Positions 20,245-28,542 are shown, numbered from the stretch's first letter. The stretch: 64,000 bases of DNA from Desulfurobacteriaceae bacterium (GCA_026987115.1 JALSNF010000015.1:2537-66536), one strand, 5' to 3'. The notes: generated by a model from the sequence alone, not told the origin. Program-made: numbers and translations.

Positions 20245-20395
20245 CTTCTCCTCCTAACTCCTCTTCTACCTTGTACTCTTCAGAAAGCCACCTGTAAAGG
20301 TCTGAGAGCTTACACTTCTCGCTACAGAAAGGCCTAAAAGGGTTTCCTTCCCACAAACTCTCTTTTCCGCAGTTTGGACACTTTACCTTTTTCAA
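20216..20395 (-). CDS. yacG: YacG-type zinc-finger protein (DNA gyrase inhibitor family), absent from the ORF track
   Basis: My own translation: TTG start 6 nt after AAGGAG gives (M)KKVKCPNCGKESLWEGNPFRPFCSEKCKLSDLYRWLSEEYKVEEELGGEVVKEDNSGT*. The CPxCG...NPFRPFCSxxC...DL..W pattern matches E. coli YacG. 59 aa, so below the 60-aa cutoff. Confidence 0.7.
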   Translation of the reverse strand: MKKVKCPNCGKESLWEGNPFRPFCSEKCKLSDLYRWLSEEYKVEEELGGEVVKEDNSGT

Positions 20396-20442
20396 GGGAA
20401 AACTCCTTAACCGTTTAAAAGTTAAAGATAGGAGAAATTTCC

Positions 20443-20471
20443 TTGACAGCTATTGGCCTCTATCTTATATT
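20443..20471 (+). promoter_or_regulatory. Sigma-70-type promoter for tRNA-Leu
   Basis: TTGACA (20443-20448), a 17-nt spacer, then TATATT (20466-20471), 15 nt upstream of the mature tRNA 5' end. Confidence 0.6.
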
Positions 20472-20486
20472 TCCTACTGTCAGCAA

Positions 20487-20573
20487 GCGGGAGTGGCGGA
20501 ATCGGCAGACGCGCCGTCTTGAGGGGGCGGTGCCCTTACGGGCGTGCGGGTTCAAATCCCGCCTCCCGCACCA
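20487..20573 (+). tRNA. tRNA-Leu (anticodon GAG), CCA encoded
   Basis: Hand-folded cloverleaf: acceptor GCGGGAG/CUCCCGC, anticodon stem CCGUC/GGCGG with loop UUGAGGG, long variable arm UGCCCUUACGGGCGU, T arm GCGGG-UUCAAAU-CCCGC, discriminator A, 3' CCA. Confidence 0.9.
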
Positions 20574-20574
20574 C

Positions 20575-21597
20575 CTAAACCTCCTCTCCCCTTACCAGCT
20601 TCTTTAGTTTTTCTGCCTGTTCTTTTGTTCCGATTATTATCAGCCTGTCCCCTTCTAAGACCATAGTTGAAGAGGTGGGGTTTAGTATAAACGAGCCGTC
20701 TTCCCTCTTTATTCCTATTACTATTACCCCCGTTTTGCTTGGTATGTTTAGGTCTTTTAGGAGTTTTCCGTGAAAGGGGCTTCCTTTTGGGACTTCAACC
20801 TCTTCAAGCCTTAGGTCTATCTCTCCGTGGTGGGTTACTATGTCTAAAAAGCTAACGACGCTTGGCCTTATAGCTAGAGAGGCCATTCTTAATCCCCCTA
20901 TCACGTTGGGCAGTATTACTTCGGTTGCTCCCGCCCTTTTCAGCTTTATAACGTTTTCTTCCCTGTTTGCCCTCGTTACTATCCTTAATCTCGGGTTAAG
21001 GTTCTTTGCAGAGAGGGTTATGAAAAGGTTGTCTGCGTCGTCTGCCGTTGCTACTATCATGTTCTGTGCCGACTTTACCCCGGCCTTTATAAGGGTTTCG
21101 TCTTGAGTGGCGTCTCCTATGATGTAGATAAGGTTTGGGTAGCTTTCTTTTGCCTCTTCAATTTTTGACTCGTCCTTTTCAATTACTACGAAGGGAACTT
21201 TTTCCCTCCAGAGCTCCTTTATTGCCGCCTGTCCGGTCCTTCCAAGACCGCAAACTATTGTGTGGTTTTTCAGCTTTGAAACCATCTTCTCCATCCTCTT
21301 TACGGTAAATATTTTCCTTAACTCTCCCTCAAAGAGCATTGACGCTATCGCTGAAGCTCCGTAGGCAAAGACGGCAAAGGCGACGATTATTACTATCATC
21401 GTAAATATCTTTCCCAGCGGAGAAAGGGGCTTAACCTCGCCGTAGCCTACGGTTGAGATTGTTATTATGGTGTGCCAAAGGCAGTTAAGCCAGCTCCAAC
21501 CTTCAATTAGCTTTATTCCTACGGTTGATACTGCTACGAGTGCTAGCAAAATTGTTAATATTGACTTAAACCTTTTTAAGGTTTCTGAATAGGTCAT
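20575..21597 (-). CDS. MthK-like potassium channel with RCK/TrkA domains
   Basis: 340 aa with two TM helices flanking the K+ selectivity filter TVGYGE, an RCK/TrkA-N Rossmann motif VCGLGRTG and a TrkA-C domain. Confidence 0.85.
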   Translation of the reverse strand: MTYSETLKRFKSILTILLALVAVSTVGIKLIEGWSWLNCLWHTIITISTVGYGEVKPLSPLGKIFTMIVIIVAFAVFAYGASAIASMLFEGELRKIFTVKRMEKMVSKLKNHTIVCGLGRTGQAAIKELWREKVPFVVIEKDESKIEEAKESYPNLIYIIGDATQDETLIKAGVKSAQNMIVATADDADNLFITLSAKNLNPRLRIVTRANREENVIKLKRAGATEVILPNVIGGLRMASLAIRPSVVSFLDIVTHHGEIDLRLEEVEVPKGSPFHGKLLKDLNIPSKTGVIVIGIKREDGSFILNPTSSTMVLEGDRLIIIGTKEQAEKLKKLVRGEEV

Positions 21598-21636
21598 CTT
21601 TTCTCTCCAACATTTAAATTCTAAGGGGAGTTAAGC

Positions 21637-22143
21637 TTGAAGTTCAAGTTCTTTTTTGTTGGAAAGATACCAAGTAAAGCCAACTATAAGAAGATATCCC
21701 ACAGGAGGGTTAACGGGGAGCTAAAGCCTTTTATAATTAATAACCCACAGGTCTTAAAGTCTCAAAGGGACGCCCTTTATCAGCTTCACCTTCAGAAGCT
21801 CTCCTACGGCCTTGAGAAGTTCCCCATTACCGAGCCCGTTAGCCTTTCTTTGACCTTTTACTTAAGTGGCAGGGTTCGCCAGAGGGACATTGACAACGCA
21901 GAGAAGTTCGTAGGGGACATTTTAGAGAAGGGAGGGGTTTTAAAGAGGGATTCCCTTATTTACAGGAAGGAAAGAGTTGAAAAGAGGTTGGGAATTAAGG
22001 GATTTGACGAGATTGTTGAGATAGAGATAGAGCTCCTACCTAAAGAGGTAAGCCTTGAGCTTGAAAAGGGTAAGCCTAACTTTTCACCTGAGCTTTTAGA
22101 TTTCTTAAAACTTATGAAGTTGGAGCTCCCAAGTGAAGGTTGA
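21637..22143 (+). CDS. RusA-like Holliday junction resolvase (putative)
   Basis: 168 aa with a TTG start after AAGGGGAG. RQRDIDNAEKFVGDILEKGGVLKRDSLI fits the RusA catalytic pattern D-x-D-N-x2-K-x3-D-x-L...(D/R)DS-x-I. The C-terminal ~50 aa are unassigned. Confidence 0.5.
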   Translation: MKFKFFFVGKIPSKANYKKISHRRVNGELKPFIINNPQVLKSQRDALYQLHLQKLSYGLEKFPITEPVSLSLTFYLSGRVRQRDIDNAEKFVGDILEKGGVLKRDSLIYRKERVEKRLGIKGFDEIVEIEIELLPKEVSLELEKGKPNFSPELLDFLKLMKLELPSEG

Positions 22144-23704
22144 GCTGGAAGTTAAGGTTCCTTTAGATTCCTCCCTTGAGGAGGAGCTTAGAAAACTCGG
22201 AATTAGAGGGGAGTTTAAGGTTTTAAGGGAGTCCATTGACGCCCGCAGGAAGCCTATTTTCGTTTATAGGGTTTTGGTAGAGCTCCCAAAGGAGGTGGCA
22301 CAGGAATTCCTAAATAAGGGTATTGGGAGGGAATATAGAGAAGAGGAGCTCCTTTCAATTCCTAAAGTTCCCTTGAAAAAGAGGGTCTTGGTAGTTGGAG
22401 CTGGGCCTGCAGGCCTTTTTGCCTCCTATGTCCTTGCACTTGGAGGACTTGAAGTAGTTCTAGTTGAGAGGGGTAAGCCCGTTGAAGAGAGGGTTAAGGA
22501 CGTTGCTACTTTCTGGAAGTATAGGCGTTTAAACGAGAACTCAAACGTTCAGTTTGGAGAGGGGGGAGCCGGGACCTTCTCTGACGGTAAGCTGACAACC
22601 AGAATTAAAGATAGGAAAAAGTACTTTGTCTTTAAAACGCTGGTTGAGTGTGGAGCTCCCCCTGAAATCCTCTATAAGAGTAAGCCCCACATTGGAACTG
22701 ATAAGTTAAGGGAGGTAATACCGAAGTTTAGGGAAAAGTTAAAGTCCCTCGGAGTTGAGTTTAGGTTCAACACCCTCTTAAAAGGCCTTAAGATAGTAGG
22801 AAACAGGGTAGAAGGAGTTTTACTTGAAGACCTTAAAACGGGGATAACTGAGTTCTTAGCCTTTGACTACTACTTCCTTGCCCTTGGAAACAGCGCCAGG
22901 GATACCTTCTTTCACTTAAAGGAGATAGGTATAGCCCTTGAGGCAAAGCCCTTTGCCGTTGGCCTTAGGGTTATTCACACCCAGAAGACCATAAATAGGA
23001 TTCAGTACGGGAGAAGGTGGTTTAAGAACCCGAAACTCCCTCCTGCCGAATACCTCTTTACCTACAAAGGGAAGAAGAGGAACGTTTACACTTTCTGTAT
23101 GTGCCCTGGAGGGTTCGTCATATGTGCTTCCTCAGAGAAGTATTCTGTCGTTTGTAATGGAATGAGCAACTACTTAAGGGACAGCGGTTATGCCAACAGT
23201 GCAGTTGTAGTTCAGCTCTTCCCTTCAGACTTTGAAAACGACCCTTTTAAGGCCATAGAGTTTCAAAGGAGCTTAGAGAGAGCCGCCTTCGTTATGGGAG
23301 GAGGTTCTTACGCAATGCCGGCCCAAAGGGTAGTTGACTTTTTAAAGGGGGAGAGCTCTTCTAATTTAATTGACGGGGGCTTTATACCTGAGATAAAGAG
23401 TGCAAGACTTGACAAACTTTTGCCTCCTGAAATTGGGGAGCCTATAAAGGAAGCTTTCCTCTACTGGGCGAAAAAAGTCCCCTTTTTCCTTCCCTCAAAC
23501 GCTACTTTCGTGGGGGTAGAGACGAGAACCTCTTCTCCTTTGAGGATTTTAAGGGATAAAGAGTATAGAAGCGTTAGCGCTTTTAACCTTTACCCTGTAG
23601 GGGAAGGAGCCGGCTACGCAGGAGGGATAACGAGCTCGGCGGTTGACGCCGTTAACGGAGCTCTAAGTCTTTTGGAAAAGCTTAACCTTCAAGCAAAGGT
23701 TTAG
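22133..23704 (+). CDS. FAD-dependent protein (COG2509-type NAD(FAD)-utilizing dehydrogenase)
   Basis: 523 aa with the dinucleotide-binding motif VVGAGPAGLFAS, then GGAGTFSDGKL and a C-terminal PVGEGAGYAGGI. Confidence 0.75.
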   Translation: MKVELEVKVPLDSSLEEELRKLGIRGEFKVLRESIDARRKPIFVYRVLVELPKEVAQEFLNKGIGREYREEELLSIPKVPLKKRVLVVGAGPAGLFASYVLALGGLEVVLVERGKPVEERVKDVATFWKYRRLNENSNVQFGEGGAGTFSDGKLTTRIKDRKKYFVFKTLVECGAPPEILYKSKPHIGTDKLREVIPKFREKLKSLGVEFRFNTLLKGLKIVGNRVEGVLLEDLKTGITEFLAFDYYFLALGNSARDTFFHLKEIGIALEAKPFAVGLRVIHTQKTINRIQYGRRWFKNPKLPPAEYLFTYKGKKRNVYTFCMCPGGFVICASSEKYSVVCNGMSNYLRDSGYANSAVVVQLFPSDFENDPFKAIEFQRSLERAAFVMGGGSYAMPAQRVVDFLKGESSSNLIDGGFIPEIKSARLDKLLPPEIGEPIKEAFLYWAKKVPFFLPSNATFVGVETRTSSPLRILRDKEYRSVSAFNLYPVGEGAGYAGGITSSAVDAVNGALSLLEKLNLQAKV

Positions 23705-24677
23705 TCCTCTTTAAGGAAGAGTAGAGTGATGAGAGGATAAAGAGGAGGGCTACCGAGCTTATTACCGCCTCTGGGATGTGGAAAAAGAGCTCTAAGAGCA
23801 TCATAACTCCTAAGCCCCCTATTCCCCAGTGAGCTCCGTGCTCAAGGTAGGGAAGTTGGTTTAGCTTGCCGCTTTCCACAAAGTAAATCGTTAAACTCCT
23901 TAGTATAAAAGCTCCAACGGAAAGTCCTACCGTTATTATTATCAGGTTCTCGCTTATTGCAAAGGCTCCCACGGTTCCGTCAAGGGAGCAGGATGCGTCT
24001 AATAGCTCAAGGTAGATAAAGGCTCCTATTCCAGAATCAATCCCCCTTTTCTCTTTAAAGTACTCAACTGCACTTTTTACGTAGTTAACCAGCTCAAAGA
24101 GGAGAACTCCCAGAATCATTGAAATTACGATGCTTAGTTCCTTCTTTAAAAAACCTATTAAGGTTATTACTCCTAAAGCCGTAATTAGGCGAATTTCGCC
24201 AAGTTTTGCAACCTTTATTGCCTTTTCTTCTAAGGACTTAATCCAGAGGAGCTCTTTACTTGTGTCAAAGAGCCAAGTTAAAAAGACCATAAAGAGGAAA
24301 GAGCCTCCAAAGGCAAGTATTAAAGGTTCTGAGCTTTCAAGGTAGTGGCCGTAAACTTCTGGCTCTTTAAAGGCTATCTCAATTACCTTTTCAACTGAAA
24401 GGCCGGAAGTAAGGGCTACTATTAAGACCGGAAAGAGGAACCTCATTCCAAATACTGCTATAACCATTCCTACGGTTAAAAACCTCCTCCTCCACGCCTT
24501 AGACAGGCCGGAGAGTATAACGGCGTTCATTACGGCGTTGTCAAAAGAGAGGGATATTTCTAAAAGGGAAAGGGTAGTTCCCTCAAAAACCCCTTTTATT
24601 CCCATGTATAGAAACTCAATTACCCAGCTTATTAGGAAAGTTAAGCTAAACTCTGCCAGCAGTTTTTTTACTTTCAA
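23682..24677 (-). CDS. TerC-like integral membrane protein (DUF475-type)
   Basis: 331-aa polytopic protein with paired motifs LEISLSFDNAVMNA and LELLDASCSLDGTVGAFA, as I recall for the TerC/DUF475 superfamily. Confidence 0.6.
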   Translation of the reverse strand: MKVKKLLAEFSLTFLISWVIEFLYMGIKGVFEGTTLSLLEISLSFDNAVMNAVILSGLSKAWRRRFLTVGMVIAVFGMRFLFPVLIVALTSGLSVEKVIEIAFKEPEVYGHYLESSEPLILAFGGSFLFMVFLTWLFDTSKELLWIKSLEEKAIKVAKLGEIRLITALGVITLIGFLKKELSIVISMILGVLLFELVNYVKSAVEYFKEKRGIDSGIGAFIYLELLDASCSLDGTVGAFAISENLIIITVGLSVGAFILRSLTIYFVESGKLNQLPYLEHGAHWGIGGLGVMMLLELFFHIPEAVISSVALLFILSSLYSSLKRTKPLLEG

Positions 24678-24678
24678 C

Positions 24679-25653
24679 TTACTTCTCCAAAAGTTTCATT
24701 CCTTCTTTAACTACTTCTTCAGGTGGGATTTTAAAACAAACTCTCTCCCTGCACCTTACCTTCTTTCCGTGGAGGGAGCAGGGAGAGCAGGGAAGGTTCA
24801 AGGTTAGGGCTTTCCCTTCTTCTTTAAAGGGAGCAAAGCCGAAAGCTGGATGGGTAGGGCCAAAGAGAGCAAGGACTTTTGTCTTTACGGCCCTTGCCAT
24901 GTGAACTACCCCAGAATCGTTTGATATTACGAGGCTACACTTAGATATTAGGGCTAAACTCTCTTTTAAAGAGAGCTCCCCACACAGGTTAATAGCTCCC
25001 GTCTCCTCCAAGATTTTCCCCTTCTCCCTCTCTTCTTTTCCTCCTACGGCTACAACTTTAAAGCCTTCCTTGAGAAGGAGTTCCGATACTCTTTTAAAAC
25101 TTTCTAAGGGGTATTCCTTGTTTGGCCACCTCGCTCCGGGAGCTAAAGCTACAAGCTCTCTTCCTTTGGGTAAGAGCTCTTCAACCCTCTTTAAAGATTT
25201 CCCGTCAACTTTAAGGTAAGGGCGTGGGTTTTCTATTTTTATTCCTATTTCCTTAAAAGGCTCTGCGTAAAGGTGAGGAACAAAGAGCCACTTTGCTTTA
25301 AGGGGTTTAAATACGGTCATTAACCGCCTTAAAAGGCCCCTTTTCTTGTAAGTGAAAACTTTACACTTTAAAAAGTGCCTTAAAAGCTTTGTCCTTAAAA
25401 CGTCGTGAAGGTCAAAGGCAAAGTCGTAATCCCTCAAGTCCTCGGCAAGCTCTCTTATCTCTTTTAGCCCCTTTAGCTCTTCCTTTTTAACTTCTATTAC
25501 TCTGTTTATAAAGGGCTGGTCTTTAAAGAGCTCCCCGAAGGGCTTAAAGGTAAGTAAGTCTGCCTTTATGCCCCTCTCTTTAAGCTCAGAGAGAACGCTA
25601 CTTGTTAGGATAACGTCTCCCAAGGAGGAGAGCCTAATTACCAGTATCCTCAT
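24679..25653 (-). CDS. Glycosyltransferase family 9 (ADP-heptose:LPS heptosyltransferase)
   Basis: 324 aa with the N-terminus [18 protein letters not shown] and a C-terminal NDSGVVHMA motif, both typical of RfaF/RfaC-type heptosyltransferases. Confidence 0.8.
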   Translation of the reverse strand: MRILVIRLSSLGDVILTSSVLSELKERGIKADLLTFKPFGELFKDQPFINRVIEVKKEELKGLKEIRELAEDLRDYDFAFDLHDVLRTKLLRHFLKCKVFTYKKRGLLRRLMTVFKPLKAKWLFVPHLYAEPFKEIGIKIENPRPYLKVDGKSLKRVEELLPKGRELVALAPGARWPNKEYPLESFKRVSELLLKEGFKVVAVGGKEEREKGKILEETGAINLCGELSLKESLALISKCSLVISNDSGVVHMARAVKTKVLALFGPTHPAFGFAPFKEEGKALTLNLPCSPCSLHGKKVRCRERVCFKIPPEEVVKEGMKLLEK

Positions 25654-25826
25654 TCATCTATCGGTTCAAACTTGTCCTTCGTGGCTCCGCATATTGGACA
25701 GACCCAGTCAACTGGAAGGGCTTCAAAGGGAGTTCCGGGAGGTATGTTGTTTTCAGGGTCTCCTTCTTCAACGTTGTAAATGTAGCCGCAAACTGTGCAC
25801 CTCCAGAGTTTGTGCTTTACTTCCAT
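25650..25826 (-). CDS. Rubredoxin, absent from the ORF track
   Basis: My own translation: [58 protein letters not shown] (58 aa). It has the two CxxCG knuckles and the conserved aromatic core of rubredoxin. GGAGGAG lies upstream of the ATG, and the stop overlaps the heptosyltransferase start (ATGA). Confidence 0.85.
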   Translation of the reverse strand: MEVKHKLWRCTVCGYIYNVEEGDPENNIPPGTPFEALPVDWVCPICGATKDKFEPIDE

Positions 25827-25875
25827 TTTCTCCTCCGCCGTTAATATCTTTAATTATAGGCCATAGGAGGGAGAG

Positions 25876-26298
25876 ATGGAGAGGGAAGTTAAGGTAAATT
25901 TAAAGGTCTTAAAGCCGAGAGCTCCCATAAGGAGGTTTGACGTTTTTGCAGAGTGGAACAGAATTAAGGCTTTGAAAGAGTACGGTTTTGGCGAAGAGGA
26001 CGCGAAAGCCTACGGTTTAGCCGTTGCAAAGGTCGTTGCCGCAAGGAAGTTCTACGGACACAAGCTAAAGTATAGGGGTGCTACCAAGGCTTTTGTAGAG
26101 GGTAAAACTAAAGAGAAGTGGTGGGAAAAGTTGGCAACCCCTTCAGAGTTTGACGAGAAGGTAGTTAACAGGATGGGAAGGGAGTTTTACGAGAAGGTGT
26201 TCTCCCCTGCCCTTTTGAGGGCTTACGAGGAAGGTAAAGACTACATGGAAATTAGGGATTCAATAAGGGAAGAGTGGAATAAACTTCTGGAGGGGTAG
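25876..26298 (+). CDS. Hypothetical protein (140 aa, Lys/Glu-rich, no recognisable motif)
   Basis: Clean ORF with ATG after GGAGGGAGAG and coding-like composition. Its stop directly abuts the DUF503 start. No family recognised by eye. Confidence 0.5.
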   Translation: MEREVKVNLKVLKPRAPIRRFDVFAEWNRIKALKEYGFGEEDAKAYGLAVAKVVAARKFYGHKLKYRGATKAFVEGKTKEKWWEKLATPSEFDEKVVNRMGREFYEKVFSPALLRAYEEGKDYMEIRDSIREEWNKLLEG

Positions 26299-26586
26299 AT
26301 GGCCTCCGTTATAGGCTACCTTGAGGTGGAGCTCCACATTCCCCACTCCCGCTCCCTTAAGGAAAAAAGGAGCGTCGTAAAGAAGGTAGTTGAGAGGTTA
26401 AGGGGGAAGTTTAACGTTTCCGTTAGCGAAATAGGCTCCTTGGATTCCTGGCAGACCTCTGTAATTGGCATAGTTGTAGTCTCAAACAGCTCTAAAGTTG
26501 TTGACTCTACCTTAGAAAAGGTCGTCTCGTTTATTGATAACCTCTTTCCTGGAATAGTCTCCTCTTACAGAAAGGAGTTCCTTTAA
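26299..26586 (+). CDS. DUF503 (YlxP-like) protein
   Basis: 95 aa. The pattern GYLEVELHIPHSRSLKEKRSVVKKVVERLRGKFNVSVSE matches the DUF503 family as I remember it. Confidence 0.7.
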   Translation: MASVIGYLEVELHIPHSRSLKEKRSVVKKVVERLRGKFNVSVSEIGSLDSWQTSVIGIVVVSNSSKVVDSTLEKVVSFIDNLFPGIVSSYRKEFL

Positions 26587-26674
26587 GAGACTGTTTATAA
26601 TTTTCGGCAGTTTATCTGCTTGTTTTTAGACTTAGCGTTGTAAGTTGATAAACTATCAAGAGGAGGTAGTTTTT

Positions 26675-27403
26675 ATGTTTGAGGAGCTTAAAAACGCTGT
26701 AGTTTTAATAACTGGAGGAACAAGGGGAATAGGAAGGGCCGTTGCCCAGAGGTTTAAGGAAGTAGGAGCAAAGGTTTACATTACCGGAACGAGCCAAGAG
26801 AAGACCCTTAAGGTTGCAGAGGAACTGGGGGTTAGTGGCTTTAAGATGGACGTTTCAGATAGGGAAGAGGTTAAAAAGAGGGTAGCGGAGATTGTGGAGG
26901 TTGAAGGGAGAATAGACGTTTTAGTGAACAACGCCGGAATTACGAAGGATTCCCTTTTTATAAGGATGAAGGACGAAGACTGGGATAGGGTCGTAGAAGT
27001 TAACCTAAACGGGGTTTACAACGTTAGCAGGGCCGTAGTTCCCGTTATGGTGAAAAAGAGAAAGGGGGTAATAATAAACATCTCTTCCGTTGTAGGGTTT
27101 ACTGGAAACGTAGGACAGGTTAACTACAGTGCTACTAAGTCTGCACTAATTGGGTTTACAAAGTCTTTGGCAAAGGAACTTGGAGGAAGGGGAATTAGAG
27201 TTAACTGCGTAGCTCCAGGCTACATTACTACTGACATGACTAAGAAAATACCTGAGAAGATTAAGTCTGAACTTATAAAGTCAATACCTTTAAGGAGGGA
27301 AGGAGAGCCTAAAGAGGTAGCCGACGCTTGCCTCTTCCTTGCCTCAGACATGGCAAGCTACATTACGGGAACTACTCTCCACGTTAACGGTGGACTTTTC
27401 TAG
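26675..27403 (+). CDS. fabG: 3-oxoacyl-[ACP] reductase FabG
   Basis: SDR motifs TGGTRGIGRA, NNAG and YSATKSAL. Start set at ATG 26675 after GAGGAGG rather than the TTG at 26645. Followed by acpP. Confidence 0.9.
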   Translation: MFEELKNAVVLITGGTRGIGRAVAQRFKEVGAKVYITGTSQEKTLKVAEELGVSGFKMDVSDREEVKKRVAEIVEVEGRIDVLVNNAGITKDSLFIRMKDEDWDRVVEVNLNGVYNVSRAVVPVMVKKRKGVIINISSVVGFTGNVGQVNYSATKSALIGFTKSLAKELGGRGIRVNCVAPGYITTDMTKKIPEKIKSELIKSIPLRREGEPKEVADACLFLASDMASYITGTTLHVNGGLF

Positions 27404-27450
27404 GTTTTTCAATATAATTCCAGAACCGATTACAGGTAGGGAGGTTGAAG

Positions 27451-27687
27451 ATGGAAAACATTGAAGAAAAGGTGAAGGAGATTGTGGCAGATAGACTTGG
27501 AGTTGACCCAGACGAGGTAGTTCCTGAGGCTTCCTTTGTTGAGGACTTAGGAGCAGACTCCCTTGATACCGTTGAACTCGTTATGGCCCTTGAGGAAGAG
27601 TTCGGGATTGAGATTCCCGACGAAGAGGCCGAAAAGATTCAAACGGTAGGGGATGCCATAGAGTACATTAAAAAGCACCTTTCTTAA
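27451..27687 (+). CDS. acpP: Acyl carrier protein
   Basis: Phosphopantetheine attachment motif [23 protein letters not shown] 27451 has better spacing from GGGAGG than the TTG at 27445. Confidence 0.95.
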   Translation: MENIEEKVKEIVADRLGVDPDEVVPEASFVEDLGADSLDTVELVMALEEEFGIEIPDEEAEKIQTVGDAIEYIKKHLS

Positions 27688-27695
27688 GCCTTTTG

Positions 27696-27709
27696 GCCCC
27701 TTCGGGGGC
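27696..27709 (+). terminator. Rho-independent terminator after acpP
   Basis: GCCCC-UUCG-GGGGC hairpin with a UUCG tetraloop, 8 nt after the acpP stop, followed by ACUUUAUU. Confidence 0.7.
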
Positions 27710-27776
27710 ACTTTATTGACATTTCTCATTTTCTCTTCTTGCTCCCTCTCTTAACTTCTTATTTAAGGAGGAAGAT

Positions 27777-28199
27777 ATGGAGTTAATTAGTGAGAGGGAG
27801 CTCCCACTGGTTGCTTACCCAGGGATGAACCAGGTTCACCAGAAGGAGCTTTCTTACCTTAATAGCCTTTACAGCTCTATTGTTTCTGGAGAATCTCTAG
27901 AAGAGACAGATAGGAAATTTGAGGAGTTCTTAAGGGACGTTAAGGAGCACTTTTCCTACGAGGAAGAGCTTATGGAGAAGACCCACTTTTTCGCCTACCA
28001 ATGCCACAAAGAGGAGCACGAAAGGGTTTTAAAAGAGCTTGAAGGAGTGTTTAAACGCTGGAGGGAAAGTAGGAACAGGGAAGAGTTAAGGGATTACTTT
28101 GAAAAGGTCTTTAAACCTTGGATTAAAGAGCACATACTAACTATGGATGCTGTCACTGCTCAGTGGATTTCCCGTCTGCTCCTAGGGGCTCTTCCTTAA
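27777..28199 (+). CDS. Hemerythrin-like metal-binding protein
   Basis: 140-aa helical protein with spaced His/Glu/Asp ligand motifs (VHQKE, EHFSYEEE, HKEEHE, IKEHILTMD) typical of bacteriohemerythrins. Confidence 0.7.
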   Translation: MELISERELPLVAYPGMNQVHQKELSYLNSLYSSIVSGESLEETDRKFEEFLRDVKEHFSYEEELMEKTHFFAYQCHKEEHERVLKELEGVFKRWRESRNREELRDYFEKVFKPWIKEHILTMDAVTAQWISRLLLGALP

Positions 28200-28542
28200 T
28201 CACGTTAACTACTGCTACTGCAAATTCTTTTTCGTGGGATATGCTAAAAAGGAGTTTATAGCCTTTAACTCCTTCAACCTTTAGGCGGAGCTCCCTCCCC
28301 CCTCCCTGAGTTTTAACTTGGCCCAAAGTTAAGGAGATACCTAATTGTGAGAAGGCCTTTATAGTAGCCTCTTTAAGGGCAAACCTTGCGGCTAAACACC
28401 CGTAAAACTCCCCTCTTCTTTTACCTTTACAGTAGTCAACTCCTTCTGGAAAGAGCCTTTTTGTGGCCCTGTCTTTATACCTTCTTAAGAGTTTCCTAAA
28501 CCTTTCAACGGAGACTATGTCAATTCCTACGGCTACAACCAT
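28153..28542 (-). CDS. acpS: Holo-[ACP] synthase (4'-phosphopantetheinyl transferase)
   Basis: 129 aa with the N-terminus VGIDIVSVERF, then FALKEATIKA and SISHEKEFAVA. Start overlaps the pdxJ stop. Confidence 0.85.
   Translation of the reverse strand: MVVAVGIDIVSVERFRKLLRRYKDRATKRLFPEGVDYCKGKRRGEFYGCLAARFALKEATIKAFSQLGISLTLGQVKTQGGGRELRLKVEGVKGYKLLFSISHEKEFAVAVVNVIKEEPLGADGKSTEQ

Noticed and set aside
20487-22143. tRNA-Leu followed within 1.1 kb by a RusA-like gene, read as a possible degraded prophage or integrative element.
   Set aside because: I saw no integrase, no other phage genes and no direct repeat of the tRNA 3' end. The intervening gene is an ordinary K+ channel, and composition does not change.
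22296-22310. A sigma-54-like -24/-12 element, TGGCAC-N5-TTCC. This is relevant because rpoN is in the window.
   Set aside because: It lies in the middle of the COG2509 FAD-protein coding sequence. The -12 element is TTCC rather than TTGC. No gene start follows within a useful distance.
26645-26659. The inverted repeat TTGATA-AAC-TATCAA immediately upstream of the fabG Shine-Dalgarno site. It could be a fatty-acid operon operator, and the TTG at 26645 is also the ORF-track start for fabG.
   Set aside because: Six-bp arms at a fixed spacing are expected about 15 times by chance in 64 kb. The arms do not extend, and I saw no second copy in front of other lipid genes. The TTG start has no Shine-Dalgarno site, whereas ATG 26675 follows GAGGAGG.
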